Shown here in pieces: positions 46,828 to 57,088 of a stretch of DNA of 64,000 nucleotides. The DNA is from Deltaproteobacteria bacterium (GTDB lineage Bacteria; Desulfobacterota; Binatia; UBA12015). Below the pieces are notes generated by a model that saw only the letters and a list, made by a program, of their open reading frames with translations, ran no database searches and was not told where the DNA came from. Both the position numbers and the translations under genes were made by a program. The number at the start of each line of letters is the position of its first letter. Position 1 is the stretch's first letter. The DNA lies in NCBI GenBank assembly GCA_029262355.1, contig JAJCZO010000416.1:2031-66030 (forward strand), read 5' to 3'.

Positions 46828-49517
46828 CGCGCGAGGACGAGCGACGAGACGGGCAGAGATTCGATCCGGAGATCGAGCCGCGTTGGCGCGCGTTTTGGGC
46901 GGAGCAGGGCACCTTCCAAGCGGGGAGCCGGCCCGACGCCGAGCGGAAGTACATCTTGGAGATGTTCCCGTACCCGAGTGGCGATCTGCACATGGGGCAC
47001 GGCAAGAACTACTTCATCGGAGATTCGCTCACGCGCTACTACGTCATGCGCGGATACGACGTGCTCCACCCGTTCGGCTGGGACGCGTTCGGCCTTCCCG
47101 CCGAGAATGCCGCGATCAAGACGGGCCGCCACCCGCGCGACTGGACGCTCGGCAACATCGCAGAGTCGAAAAGCTCTCTCGAAGCGGCCGGCCTCATGTA
47201 CGACTGGTCTCGCGAAGTCACGACCTGCGAGCCCGATTACTATCGCTGGACCCAATGGCTATTTCTCATGTTGCACCGCCGCGGCCTCGCGTACCGTGCC
47301 ACCGCCACCGTCAACTGGGATCCCGTCGACCAGACGGTGCTCGCCAACGAGCAGGTCGATGCCTCCGGCCGGAGCTGGCGTAGCGGCGCGGTGGTCGAGA
47401 AGCGGGAGCTCTCTCAGTGGTTCTTCAAGATCACCGATTACGCCGAGCGCCTGCTGCAGGACCTCGACAAGCTCGAACACTGGCCGGAGAAGGTGCGCGC
47501 GATGCAGCGCAACTGGATCGGTCGCAGCGAAGGGTCCGAGGTTCAGTTCCAGGTATCCGGTGGCGATCAGACGATCACGGTCTTCACCACGCGGCCGGAC
47601 ACGCTCTTCGGCGCCACGTTCTTGGTGCTGGCGCCCGAGCATCCGCTCGTCTCGTCGCTGACGAGCGAGGGCCAACGAGCCGACGTCGCGGCGTATGTCG
47701 AGCAGGCGGCGAGGCGTAGCGAGATCGATCGCCAGAGTCTCGATCGGGAGAAGACGGGCGTCGCGATCGGAGCAACCTGCCGCAATCCGGTCAACGGCGA
47801 GGAAGTCCCGATCTGGATCGCCGACTACGTTCTTACGGGCTACGGCACGGGCGCGATCATGGCGGTTCCCGCTCACGACACGAGAGATTTCGAGTTCGCC
47901 CGCCAGATGAGCCTGCCGATCCGGACGGTCATCGTTCCCCAGGGCGAGGTCCCGTTGAGCGAGCCTTCGGAGGCGTCGGCCGGTGACGGAGTGATGGTAA
48001 ATTCCGGCGACTACGACGGCCAGGAGAGCCGAGCCGCCGGACGCGCCATCACCGGGTGGCTCGAGGAACGTGGGCTCGGCAAGGCGACCGTCACGTACCG
48101 ACTACGCGACTGGTTGGTCAGCCGACAGAGGTACTGGGGCGCACCCATTCCGATGCTCCACCGGCCAGACGGGACCGTCGTTCCCGTGCCGGAGTCGGAT
48201 CTTCCGATTCGATTGCCCGAGATCGACGACTATCTCCCCCACGGAAAATCTCCGCTCGCCTCGAACGCCGCCTTCCTTGCCGCGACCGATCCGGAGACCG
48301 GGGAGTCCGTCGAGCGCGACACCGATACGATGGACACGTTCGTCGACTCGTCCTGGTACTTCCTTCGCTACGTCGACGCGCAGAACCAGGATGAGATCTG
48401 GTCGCCCGAAGCGATCCAACGTTGGATGCCGGTCGACCAGTACATCGGCGGTGTCGAGCACGCGATCCTGCATCTGCTCTACTCCCGCTTCATCACCAAG
48501 GTGCTGTACGACGAGGGCCTCGTCCCCGAAGACGAGCCGTTCCGCGCGTTGTTCACGCAGGGGATGGTGCAGCGCCGAGTGTCGACGCCTCTCGAGAAGG
48601 GAGCCGACGGCAGACTGACTCCGCCGCAAGCGTTGCAGAAGAGCCTGGGGCTATCGGCAGAACCCCTCACGCACGACGACATGGAAGCTCGCTTGAAGGA
48701 GGGAAGCCACTCTCTGGTATCGCGTGACGATCGGTGGAGCGCCCTCAGCGGCCCCGTCACGATGAGCAAGAGTGCGGGTAACGGCGTGCCGATGGGGCCG
48801 TTCATCCGAGAGCACGGCTCCGACGTCGCGCGAATTACCTTGCTCTTCGCCGCGCCTCCCGAGAACAACATGGAGTGGAGCGACGAGGGCGTAGGTGGCG
48901 CGGAGCGTTTCCTGAACCGACTCGTGGCGTTGTTCGGTGTGGAGCGCGAGAAGATCGCGGCGGAACATGCGCGCTTGGGAGCGGCAGGCCTGGATGCGGC
49001 GATCGTCTCGACCGACGGACTCGACGAGGCAAGCCTGGCCTTGCGCCGCCGGGTGCATGTGACGATCAAGAAGGTCACCGAGGACACCGAGACCTTTGCG
49101 TTCAATACGGCCATCGCGGCCCTGATGGAGTTGTTGAACGAGGGGCAGCGGCAGCGCGCGAGTGGTCCGGAGGCGTCTACCCTCTTCTGCGCGGTGGCCT
49201 GGACGACGACCCGACTCCTAGCGCCGTTTGCGCCACACCTGGCCGAGGAGTTCCACTCCTGGTTTGGCGGTGAGGGCTCGGTCTTCGATGCCGGTTGGCC
49301 GGTCTGGGACGAGTCGGCTCTCGTGGAGGACACGGTCGAGATCGCCTTGCAGGTCAACGGCAAGGTCCGTGACCGCTTGGTCGTTGCGCGGGACGCCGAT
49401 CGGGAGGCTCTGCGCGAGGAGGCGCTGGCCAACGAGAAGGTGCGGGAGTTGGTTGGAGACCGCGAGGTTCGAAAGGTCATCGTGGTGCCCGGACGCCTGG
49501 TGAATGTGGTCGCTTGA
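46824..49517 (+). CDS. leuS: Leucine--tRNA ligase
   Basis: [13 protein letters not shown] (HIGH), [39 protein letters not shown] (KMSKS) and QVNGKVR motifs. Confidence 0.98.
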   Translation: MTREDERRDGQRFDPEIEPRWRAFWAEQGTFQAGSRPDAERKYILEMFPYPSGDLHMGHGKNYFIGDSLTRYYVMRGYDVLHPFGWDAFGLPAENAAIKTGRHPRDWTLGNIAESKSSLEAAGLMYDWSREVTTCEPDYYRWTQWLFLMLHRRGLAYRATATVNWDPVDQTVLANEQVDASGRSWRSGAVVEKRELSQWFFKITDYAERLLQDLDKLEHWPEKVRAMQRNWIGRSEGSEVQFQVSGGDQTITVFTTRPDTLFGATFLVLAPEHPLVSSLTSEGQRADVAAYVEQAARRSEIDRQSLDREKTGVAIGATCRNPVNGEEVPIWIADYVLTGYGTGAIMAVPAHDTRDFEFARQMSLPIRTVIVPQGEVPLSEPSEASAGDGVMVNSGDYDGQESRAAGRAITGWLEERGLGKATVTYRLRDWLVSRQRYWGAPIPMLHRPDGTVVPVPESDLPIRLPEIDDYLPHGKSPLASNAAFLAATDPETGESVERDTDTMDTFVDSSWYFLRYVDAQNQDEIWSPEAIQRWMPVDQYIGGVEHAILHLLYSRFITKVLYDEGLVPEDEPFRALFTQGMVQRRVSTPLEKGADGRLTPPQALQKSLGLSAEPLTHDDMEARLKEGSHSLVSRDDRWSALSGPVTMSKSAGNGVPMGPFIREHGSDVARITLLFAAPPENNMEWSDEGVGGAERFLNRLVALFGVEREKIAAEHARLGAAGLDAAIVSTDGLDEASLALRRRVHVTIKKVTEDTETFAFNTAIAALMELLNEGQRQRASGPEASTLFCAVAWTTTRLLAPFAPHLAEEFHSWFGGEGSVFDAGWPVWDESALVEDTVEIALQVNGKVRDRLVVARDADREALREEALANEKVRELVGDREVRKVIVVPGRLVNVVA

Positions 49518-49550
49518 CCTCGGGACGATATGCGACGAGGAGGTGAAGGC

Positions 49551-50132
49551 ATGACTCGGTGGCTCGCAGCAACGGCATCGCTCGTCCTTTTCGGCTGCGG
49601 GTACCATTTCCCAGGCGACGCGGGCGTGCTGCCGGGTGGGGGCACCCGAGTCCATGTTTCGACGTTCACGAACCAGAGTCGCGAACCCGGTCTCGAGAAC
49701 TCGGTCCGTGATGCGCTCGAGAACGAGATTCTGCGCCGCGGGAACTTCGAGTTGGTCTCGACCGGGGAGGCGGAAGTGGTCCTGGAGGGAGTGATCAAGT
49801 CGCTCCAGTATCGACCGATCGCATTCTCCAATTCGGACGAGGCCCTTCAGTACGAAACGATCATGACGGTGTCCGTGTTGCTCCGTGACCCCAAGCGGAA
49901 GGCGATCGTCTGGAGAGTCTCGAACCTGCGCGAGAGTGATTCGTTCGGCGCGGTGCCGGGGACGGTCGTCGTGCAGTCTTCCCAGTTTCAGGAGCAATCC
50001 ACGCTGAACGCACAGAACCTCGCTCAGTTGACCGACGTGCAACTCTCCGAGTCGCAGAAGGACGAGGCGATCGAGCGCGTGCTCGAGAACATGTCACGGG
50101 ACGTCTACAACTCGATGACGGAGAATTTCTGA
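49551..50132 (+). CDS. lptE: LPS assembly lipoprotein LptE family
   Basis: Lipobox LFGC-GYHF; FTNQSREPGLE; conserved leuS-lptE-holA synteny. Confidence 0.85.
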   Translation: MTRWLAATASLVLFGCGYHFPGDAGVLPGGGTRVHVSTFTNQSREPGLENSVRDALENEILRRGNFELVSTGEAEVVLEGVIKSLQYRPIAFSNSDEALQYETIMTVSVLLRDPKRKAIVWRVSNLRESDSFGAVPGTVVVQSSQFQEQSTLNAQNLAQLTDVQLSESQKDEAIERVLENMSRDVYNSMTENF

Positions 50133-50209
50133 GCCCGAAGCGAGAGGCCGGGCGGGGGCGCGCTCCCGGCAAAGCGAAGCCGCCGGCCGCGGGTCGCGCG
50201 AGGCTTCTC

Positions 50210-51148
50210 GTGGGCGACTCCTATCTGGTGCGCGAACGGCTCGCTGCGCTGCAAAAGGAGGCAGTTGGAGAGCCACCGGCGTTCGGTGCAGCCGAGACCT
50301 TGTACGGTGATCGTGCCGACCTCGAGACCATCGCCGTCGCACTGATGACACTCCCCTTGATGGGCAGCCGATTCGTCGCCCTCCGCCAGCCGGAGAAGCT
50401 CAAGGAAGACGTCCAGAAGGGCGTCGCGGAGCTCCTCGGCGACATTCCGCCGCAGACGTACTTCGTCGTCGTGAGCGATGCCCCGGACATGCGCAAGACG
50501 CTATTCGCGGCCTTGAAAAAGCAGGGCGACGTCGAGGCACTCGGCGTTGGCTCGAAGCGCGACGGAAGCCGAGCTCGCCCGGAGTTGATGGATGCCGCGG
50601 CTGGGCTCGCAAAGGCGCGGTCGGTGGAGCTGAGCCGCGAAGCGCTCGCCGCATTCGTGGACTTCATCCAGGACGATACGTCGAGAATGGTCAACGAGCT
50701 CGAAAAGCTCTCCCTGCGCTACGCCGATCAGAAGCTCGAGCCGCGCCAGGTCCTGGAGAGTCTCGGAGGCGAGCGCGCGCTTACGGCGTTCGCGCTGGAA
50801 GGAGCTCTGCGCGAGCGCCGCATCGGACGGGCGATCGCGGAGTTGCGCCGCTCCTTGGCTCAGGGCGAGCGGCCAGAGGTGCTGGTGGGTCAGCTTGCCG
50901 GAGAGCTGCGGAGCCTGTTGCGGGCCCGCGCGCTGCTGGATTCGGGGCTCGATGAGTCGTCGGCCATCAAGGCCTTCGGAGGCGGTCGCGGCTACTTCGT
51001 CGTCCCGCGCGCACGCAACTTCCGTCGCGGAGAACTCGTGCGCGCGATTCGTCAACTCGGACGGGTGGACGTCGACGCAAAGACGGGACAGGGAGACCCA
51101 GCCGCCGGGCTCGAGCGAATGTTGCTTCAGCTCAATGCGTCGACGTGA
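50210..51148 (+). CDS. holA: DNA polymerase III delta subunit
   Basis: TLPLMG, DMRK and NELEKL motifs; position after lptE and convergent with rpsT. The true start may be upstream (CTG at 50129). Confidence 0.85.
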   Translation: MGDSYLVRERLAALQKEAVGEPPAFGAAETLYGDRADLETIAVALMTLPLMGSRFVALRQPEKLKEDVQKGVAELLGDIPPQTYFVVVSDAPDMRKTLFAALKKQGDVEALGVGSKRDGSRARPELMDAAAGLAKARSVELSREALAAFVDFIQDDTSRMVNELEKLSLRYADQKLEPRQVLESLGGERALTAFALEGALRERRIGRAIAELRRSLAQGERPEVLVGQLAGELRSLLRARALLDSGLDESSAIKAFGGGRGYFVVPRARNFRRGELVRAIRQLGRVDVDAKTGQGDPAAGLERMLLQLNAST

Positions 51149-51390
51149 CGCGCGAGGCGAGCGATGCGCCGAGAGGCGTTATTGCGATGAAGCACGCCCT
51201 TGGTCACGGCCTTGTCGAGGGTGCGCTGCACCTGCAACACGGCCTGCTTTGCGCCATCCTTGTCGCCAGCCTCGACGAGGACGCGTACTTTTTTCACCGA
51301 GGTCCGCACGCTGGAGCGGATCGCCTGATTGCGAGCCGCACGCTTGATGGACTGACGGTGCCGTTTGATCGCTGATGGGTGATTCGCCAT
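51127..51390 (-). CDS. rpsT: 30S ribosomal protein S20
   Basis: MANHPSAIKRHRQS...RN...DKAVTKGVLHRNNASRR. Confidence 0.97.
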   Translation of the reverse strand: MANHPSAIKRHRQSIKRAARNQAIRSSVRTSVKKVRVLVEAGDKDGAKQAVLQVQRTLDKAVTKGVLHRNNASRRIARLARHVDALS

Positions 51391-51417
51391 TAGATTCCTC
51401 GTGTTATCCGACTGTCC

Positions 51418-52224
51418 CTAACGATCGGGTGCTCCCGGGTCAATCGTGGCAGGCCCCGCCAGCGCACGTTTTGCGGCCTGCCAGCGCTCTTCAAGGGTTT
51501 TAGGCGACAGAGCCCGGAGGTCTTCGCCCGCCTGGCGGGCCGTGGCTTCGACATGGCGGAACCGGGCCTCGAAGCGGTCGATGGCCTGTCCCAGCGTGCG
51601 TTCGGGCTCCCGACCGATCTTTCGGGCCAGGTTGGCGACGGTGAAGAGCAGGTCCCCGATCTCCTCGGCGATTCGCTCCGGATCGCCGCCGGCCATGGCC
51701 TCGGTGAGCTCCAGGCGCTCTTCGTCCAGCTTCGCCAAGACGGGTTCCGGTCCGGACCAGTCGAACCCGACCCGGGATGCCTTTTCGGCGATCCGTTCGG
51801 CCCGCTGGAGAGCGGGTAGGGCCTTGGGCACGCCGTCGATCACCGAAGCGCCCGGCCCCCGCTCGGACGCCTTGATCTCCTCCCAGTTCTCAGCGACCTC
51901 GGTTGCGTCGCGGACGCCGACGTCCCCGAACACATGGGGGTGTCTCCGCTCCAGCTTGGCAACGACCGTCTGACAGACGTCGGCGATCGCGAAGGTCCCG
52001 GCCTCCTGAGCCATCTGCGCGTGGAACACCACCTGGAGAAGGAGGTCCCCGAGCTCGGTGCAGAGCTCCGCGGAGTTCCCCATGTCGATCGCCTCCGCGA
52101 CCTCGTAGGCCTCTTCGATCACGTACTTCCGGATCGACTCGTGGGTCTGTTCGCGATCCCACGGGCAGCCGTCGGGAGCACGTAGCCGCGCCATCACGGC
52201 GACGAGATCGTCAAAGTTCCTCAC
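51418..52224 (-). CDS. mazG: Nucleoside triphosphate pyrophosphohydrolase MazG
   Basis: LRAPDGCPWDREQT, EEAYEV, ELGDLLLQVVFH, RRHPHVF and GFDW motifs. Confidence 0.95.
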   Translation of the reverse strand: MRNFDDLVAVMARLRAPDGCPWDREQTHESIRKYVIEEAYEVAEAIDMGNSAELCTELGDLLLQVVFHAQMAQEAGTFAIADVCQTVVAKLERRHPHVFGDVGVRDATEVAENWEEIKASERGPGASVIDGVPKALPALQRAERIAEKASRVGFDWSGPEPVLAKLDEERLELTEAMAGGDPERIAEEIGDLLFTVANLARKIGREPERTLGQAIDRFEARFRHVEATARQAGEDLRALSPKTLEERWQAAKRALAGPATIDPGAPDR

Positions 52225-52284
52225 GGAGCCTCCTGCTGAGCCGATTTGCTGGAAATGGGGCCAACGATTACGAAGAGCAATAGG

Positions 52285-52542
52285 ATGGCGCCGCCGGTCA
52301 AGATCTTCACGACTCCCTACTGCCCGTACTGCCACGCTGCGAAGGATCTCTTCGCAGATAAGGGCATCGAGTTCACTGAAGTCGATGTCGCGGGCGACTT
52401 CGAGGAGCGGGCGCGCCTCGCCGACATCACTGGGCAACGGACCGTGCCGCAGATCTTCATCGGGGAAAAGTCCGTCGGAGGCTATGACGAGTTGGCGGCG
52501 CTCGAGATGCGCGGCCAGCTGGATTCGCTTCTGGGCGAGTGA
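52285..52542 (+). CDS. grxC: Glutaredoxin 3
   Basis: CPYC active site; TVPQIFI; GGYD. Confidence 0.92.
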   Translation: MAPPVKIFTTPYCPYCHAAKDLFADKGIEFTEVDVAGDFEERARLADITGQRTVPQIFIGEKSVGGYDELAALEMRGQLDSLLGE

Positions 52543-53666
52543 CTGCGTCGCTGTATGCGCGGATTCGTCCGCTCCTGTTCGGCCTCGATGCAGAAGACGC
52601 GCATCGCCGCGCGGTGTATCTCGCGGGCGTCGCCGGCCGCACATTGTCGGTGGCCGCGCGGGCCGGGCTTCGGGCGATGCCGCCGACGAGTTCCCGTCTG
52701 GAGCGACGGCTGTTGGGGTTGACGTTTCCCAATCCCATCGGGCTGGCCGCCGGCTTCGACAAGAACGCGGTCGCAAGTCACCTGTGGCCGGCGTTGGGCT
52801 TCGGCTTCGCGGAGCTCGGTACGATTACCGCGCTGGCCCAGCCGGGCAACCCGACCCCTCGAATGTTCCGGCTCCCCGAGGATCACGCCGTCGTGAACCG
52901 GCTCGGATTCAACAATGAGGGCGCGACGGCCGTCGCGGCGCGACTCGAGAGCATCCTGCAGGCCCGCCCCCGAATCCCCATTGGCATCAACATCGGAGGG
53001 TCGCGCGCGCGCGTCGGTGACCCGGAAGCGGAGCTCGAAGACTATCGCGAGTCGACGCGCCGGCTAGGACGACTTGCGGACTACATTGCGGTGAACGTCA
53101 GCTCACCCAATACGCCTGGCCTGCGAGACCTGCAGGAACCCGCGCGCCTCGGTCGCCTCATCGAAACGGTTCGCGGGCAGCTGAAGCGTCTCGGTCTCGG
53201 CGTCAGCGCTCCGAGAGTCCTCGTAAAGCTGTCGCCCGACCTCGCAGAGGAGGGCATCGCAGAGATCTGTGCGTCCGCGCTCGCCGCGGGCACCGACGGA
53301 TTCATCGCGACGAACACGACGCTGTCTCGAGACGGTCTGAAGGGTGCCTCGGTCAACGAGGCGGGAGGCGTATCAGGCGTGCCGCTCCGCGAGCGTTCCA
53401 ACCGAATCATTTCGCGGATCCGATTCGTCGCGGGGCCGAGCGTGCCGATCATTGGCGTCGGCGGTGTTTCGTGCCTCGACGACGTGCTCGCCAAGCTCGG
53501 TGCGGGCGCCGATCTGATTTCCCTGTACACGGGGATGATCTACGAAGGCCCCTTGCTGGCTCGCCGACTCGCACACGCGCTCGACGCGGAGCTCGCATGC
53601 CGCGGTTGCTCGTCCGTGGCAGAGCTCGTAGGCGCCGGACGGGCGGACGCTGCGGCCGGGCAGTGA
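52539..53666 (+). CDS. pyrD: Quinone-dependent dihydroorotate dehydrogenase
   Basis: NPIGLAAGFDKN, QPGNP.PRMFRL, NRLGFNN, NVSSPNTPGLR, KLSPD and TNTT motifs. Confidence 0.95.
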   Translation: MTASLYARIRPLLFGLDAEDAHRRAVYLAGVAGRTLSVAARAGLRAMPPTSSRLERRLLGLTFPNPIGLAAGFDKNAVASHLWPALGFGFAELGTITALAQPGNPTPRMFRLPEDHAVVNRLGFNNEGATAVAARLESILQARPRIPIGINIGGSRARVGDPEAELEDYRESTRRLGRLADYIAVNVSSPNTPGLRDLQEPARLGRLIETVRGQLKRLGLGVSAPRVLVKLSPDLAEEGIAEICASALAAGTDGFIATNTTLSRDGLKGASVNEAGGVSGVPLRERSNRIISRIRFVAGPSVPIIGVGGVSCLDDVLAKLGAGADLISLYTGMIYEGPLLARRLAHALDAELACRGCSSVAELVGAGRADAAAGQ

Positions 53667-54346
53667 CACCGGCCGGTCGCTGGTCGGTTTGCGTAGTCGT
53701 CCCAGCACTCGATGAGGCGACGGAGATCGAGGCGTCGCTCCGCAGCGTCGGACTCGACGACGGGCACGAGGTCGTGGTGGTCGACGGGGGAAGTCGAGAC
53801 GATACGGTTCTGCGCGCGGAGGGCTTGGGAGTTCGCGTGATTCCTTCGCCGCCGGGGCGAGCGACCCAGATGAACCAGGGAGCCGCGTCTACGCGAGGCG
53901 ACCTACTTCTCTTCCTCCACGCCGATACGAGGCTTCCCGCGAACTGGAGTTCCGTGGTTCGCGCCGCGATGGACGAAGGCGCGGTGGCGGGGCGGTTCGA
54001 CGTGGAGCTTCGCGGCGATCACCCGATGCTTCGCGTCGTCGCGCGCGCCATCAACCTGCGGTCGCGGTGGAGTCGGATCTACACCGGCGACCAGGCGATC
54101 TTCGTTCGCCGTTCCGTATTCGACGAAATCGGTGGGTACGAGCCGATTCTACTCATGGAAGATCTTGCGCTGAGCCGACGGCTGAAGGAGGCAGGACCGA
54201 TTGCCAGCCTAAGAGCTACCGTGAGCACGTCGGGGCGGCGGTGGGAGGAGCGCGGGGTGTTTCGCACGATCGCGCTGATGTGGTGGTTGCGATTTCTTTA
54301 CTTCGTCGGGGTGTCCCCCGATCGATTGGCTCGGATGTACCGGTAG
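53663..54346 (+). CDS. GT2 glycosyltransferase (TIGR04283-like)
   Basis: VVDGGSRD, GRATQMNQGA, LFLHADT, GDQAIF, MED and TSGRRW motifs. Confidence 0.9.
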   Translation: MTPAGRWSVCVVVPALDEATEIEASLRSVGLDDGHEVVVVDGGSRDDTVLRAEGLGVRVIPSPPGRATQMNQGAASTRGDLLLFLHADTRLPANWSSVVRAAMDEGAVAGRFDVELRGDHPMLRVVARAINLRSRWSRIYTGDQAIFVRRSVFDEIGGYEPILLMEDLALSRRLKEAGPIASLRATVSTSGRRWEERGVFRTIALMWWLRFLYFVGVSPDRLARMYR

Positions 54347-54363
54347 GATTTCGGTCGCTTCGG

Positions 54364-55839
54364 CTAGCCGGCCGGGGCGCGCAGGCGGACCTTCTCTCCT
54401 TGTGGGCGACGGTTGCGTTGGTTCACTCCCACGACGAAAGAGACCTCTTGCCCGGCCGCCAGGGCCTCGCCGGCGCGGAGCTCACAATGGCTCACGTGGA
54501 AGAAGATCGTCTCGCCACCTTCACCGTGCGCGATGAATCCGAAGCCCCGATCGGCGAAGTAGCTCGCGACGCGTCCTTCGATTCGCGGACGCTCTCGTCC
54601 GAGCACGCGCGCGAGATCGTCGTGCAGCGGTTCATCTACGATGCTCGTACTCTCGACGGAATCGCCCTGGGGCGCCTCGAGGCGCGCCAGGAGATCGTCG
54701 AGGCGCTTGCGCTCTGGCTCGCCTGCCGCCTCCTGCTCGGATGCCGCACGAAGGTAGGGCAGCGCCCGAGAGAGTTGGCCGTGCTCGATCAATACTTCGG
54801 CGATTCGTGACTCGACCGCGGCTGCCAAGGTCGAGCCGGGCGGCACTCTGCCTCCGGCCAGTCGCTCCAACTCCTCGAGAGCGGAGCGCGGCCGCTTCAA
54901 GGCAATCTGCAGCTCCGCGATCTCCATGCGGATCTGCACCTCTCCGCGCGGGTGGCGCTCGAGCGCATTGCCCAAGACTTCGGCCGCCTCTGGTAGTCGC
55001 CCTGCGCGCCGCAGGAAGGAGCCCAGAGCGACCAGCGCGACCTCGCCCTTTGCCAACTCGGTCGATCGGCGCAGCGCAGCCTCGGCATCGCCGAGTCTTC
55101 CACCCTGCTCGTACGCGCGGCCGAGTCGTTCCCAGATCACGGACGAGCTCTGATCGAGCCCGCGGGCTTCCTCCAGGCAGCGAATCGCTGCTTGGTGGTC
55201 CTCGTCTCGTAGGTAGGTCTCGCCGTAGCTCGCCAGACGGTGCTCGCTCCGAATCACTCGCTCGCCGGGGCGGTCGTCGAGGTTCGCACACCGATCGAGT
55301 GCGGAGCGGGCCCGCTCGGAGTCGCCGGTCTCGCGGAGGTTGCGGGCCAGGTGGAAGAGGACCTGGATCTGGATGCCTCGACCACGCTCCTGCTGTTCTG
55401 GCGGGGAGGCACAATACGACTCATCCGCGCCGGTGAACGCATCCGCCGCGGCCCGCGGTCGGTGCAATCGCTCGAGACAGTATCCCTTTCGGAACAAGCA
55501 GAGGTGGTAGCCCTGGAACGTCTCCAGGGCGCGATCGTACCAGGTGAGCGCTCGGGCCCAGCGCTTCTTGCGCTGGAAGTACCAACCGATCTGACAATGA
55601 TAGAGCGCCGCGCGCCGCGGGTTCAGTTCGACGCAGCGCAGGAAGAACTGCTCGACTCTCGCCTCGTTCCCGACCAACGAGTACGTGCGTGCAAGTTCGA
55701 GCACCAACTCCAGATCGTCCCAGCCCTCTGAGCCGCCTTCGTCGATCTTGCCGAAGCGGTCGACGATTCGGTGCAGCTCACCGCGTTCGCGCAGCGCCCG
55801 GACTTCGACCGCGCGCTCGGAGGCGCGCTTGCCTTTCAC
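54364..55839 (-). CDS. TPR-repeat protein with a C-terminal cold-shock (OB) domain
   Basis: Multiple TPR-like helical repeats; C-terminal GRVASYFADRGFGFI (RNP1)...IFFHVS (RNP2)...GQEVSF. Confidence 0.85.
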   Translation of the reverse strand: MKGKRASERAVEVRALRERGELHRIVDRFGKIDEGGSEGWDDLELVLELARTYSLVGNEARVEQFFLRCVELNPRRAALYHCQIGWYFQRKKRWARALTWYDRALETFQGYHLCLFRKGYCLERLHRPRAAADAFTGADESYCASPPEQQERGRGIQIQVLFHLARNLRETGDSERARSALDRCANLDDRPGERVIRSEHRLASYGETYLRDEDHQAAIRCLEEARGLDQSSSVIWERLGRAYEQGGRLGDAEAALRRSTELAKGEVALVALGSFLRRAGRLPEAAEVLGNALERHPRGEVQIRMEIAELQIALKRPRSALEELERLAGGRVPPGSTLAAAVESRIAEVLIEHGQLSRALPYLRAASEQEAAGEPERKRLDDLLARLEAPQGDSVESTSIVDEPLHDDLARVLGRERPRIEGRVASYFADRGFGFIAHGEGGETIFFHVSHCELRAGEALAAGQEVSFVVGVNQRNRRPQGEKVRLRAPAG

Positions 55840-56447
55840 GTCGATGGGACACCTCCCAGGACGCGCCGGCCCTCGAGGTGAATTCCGCCGTCCGCCAAGC
55901 GCTGTAGCGCGAGAGGATAGATCCTGTGCTCCTGCTGGAGAATCCGCGAAGAGAGGCTCTCCTCCGTGTCATCGTCGAGCACGGGCACGGCAGCCTGCGC
56001 CAGAATGGGGCCGTGGTCCATTTGCTCGTCGACGAGGTGTACGGTGACGCCGGTCACGCGGGCACCGTAGTCCAGCGCCTGGCGCTGCGCATGAAGCCCG
56101 GGGAAAGCGGGCAGCAACGCGGGGTGAATGTTCACGACGTGCCCGGGGAAGGCTTCGAGCAAGACTCGCGTAATGAGTCGGTCGAACCCAGCGAGCGCCA
56201 CGGTGTCGACCTCGTGTCGGCGCAGCACGTCGACGATCGCTCGGTCGAACGACTCGCGCCGGGCGAAGTCGGCGTGGGGCACGACCTCGGTCGGCACGTC
56301 GTACTTCGCCGCGTGCCGGAGCCCCAAGGCGCCGCGCCGGTTGCTCACGACCACGCGCGGAGCCGCAGCCAGCCGGTGTTCGGCGACGGCGGTCAGAATC
56401 GCTTCGAGATTCGATCCGCGGCCCGATATGAGGATGCCGAGATTCAT
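55836..56447 (-). CDS. purN: Phosphoribosylglycinamide formyltransferase
   Basis: ISGRGSNL, LAGF, NIHPALLP.FPG, GVTVHLV and DHGPI motifs. Confidence 0.96.
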   Translation of the reverse strand: MNLGILISGRGSNLEAILTAVAEHRLAAAPRVVVSNRRGALGLRHAAKYDVPTEVVPHADFARRESFDRAIVDVLRRHEVDTVALAGFDRLITRVLLEAFPGHVVNIHPALLPAFPGLHAQRQALDYGARVTGVTVHLVDEQMDHGPILAQAAVPVLDDDTEESLSSRILQQEHRIYPLALQRLADGGIHLEGRRVLGGVPST

Positions 56448-56515
56448 GGGAACAAGGGGCCACCCGTGAGCGCCACCCCAAGGGCATTCACTTATTAGGA
56501 CGATGACAGGGAAAC

Positions 56516-57088
56516 TCAAGGCCGGCGGGCTGCGATCGCACTGAGATGACGCGGCTTTTTCTCTTGGCCGCGGTTCCCACTGGACGACGCGACGATTTCG
56601 AGGCCGACATCGGGTGCTTCGCACAGCGCTTCGAGTTCCCCTTGCTGTAGGCAAAACTCGCGGCGGGGGTGGCCCGTGGCCTCGAACTGAGCCGCTCCGA
56701 AGGTCTCGACGACCAGAAGCCCGCCTGGCCGGAGAAGCCTCGAGAGCGACGGAAACAGGGTCCGGTCGAGGAAGCAGGTCTGAATCACCAGGTCGAACGT
56801 CTGGTCGCCGAGTGGGAGTCGAGCGGCATCGGCGACGACACCGAGGATCGGCCCACCGCCTGGGGCGGTCTTGTCGATGGCGGCTCGGGCGAAATCGAGC
56901 GCGACGACCCGGAAGTCGAGCCGTGCCAACATCTGAGCATGCCTGCCGGAGCCGCAGGCTAGATCGAGGGCCCAGGGTGCGCTCCGCTCTTGGCGCAGCG
57001 CGCGCGCATGCGTCTCCACGAATGCGGACGGGGCTGCGGGGGCTGGCCCCCCTTCGTGGCGCTGCTCCCATCTGCGACGCTCCGTCAT
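56516..57088 (-). CDS. Class I SAM-dependent methyltransferase (TehB-like)
   Basis: ALDLACGSGRH, FDLVI and LRPGGLL motifs. Confidence 0.85.
   Translation of the reverse strand: MTERRRWEQRHEGGPAPAAPSAFVETHARALRQERSAPWALDLACGSGRHAQMLARLDFRVVALDFARAAIDKTAPGGGPILGVVADAARLPLGDQTFDLVIQTCFLDRTLFPSLSRLLRPGGLLVVETFGAAQFEATGHPRREFCLQQGELEALCEAPDVGLEIVASSSGNRGQEKKPRHLSAIAARRP

Noticed and set aside
53663-54346. Arsenosugar biosynthesis cluster suggested by the TIGR04283-like glycosyltransferase
   Set aside because: No ArsM, radical SAM ArsS or DUF2064 partner is adjacent, and the family is widespread on its own.
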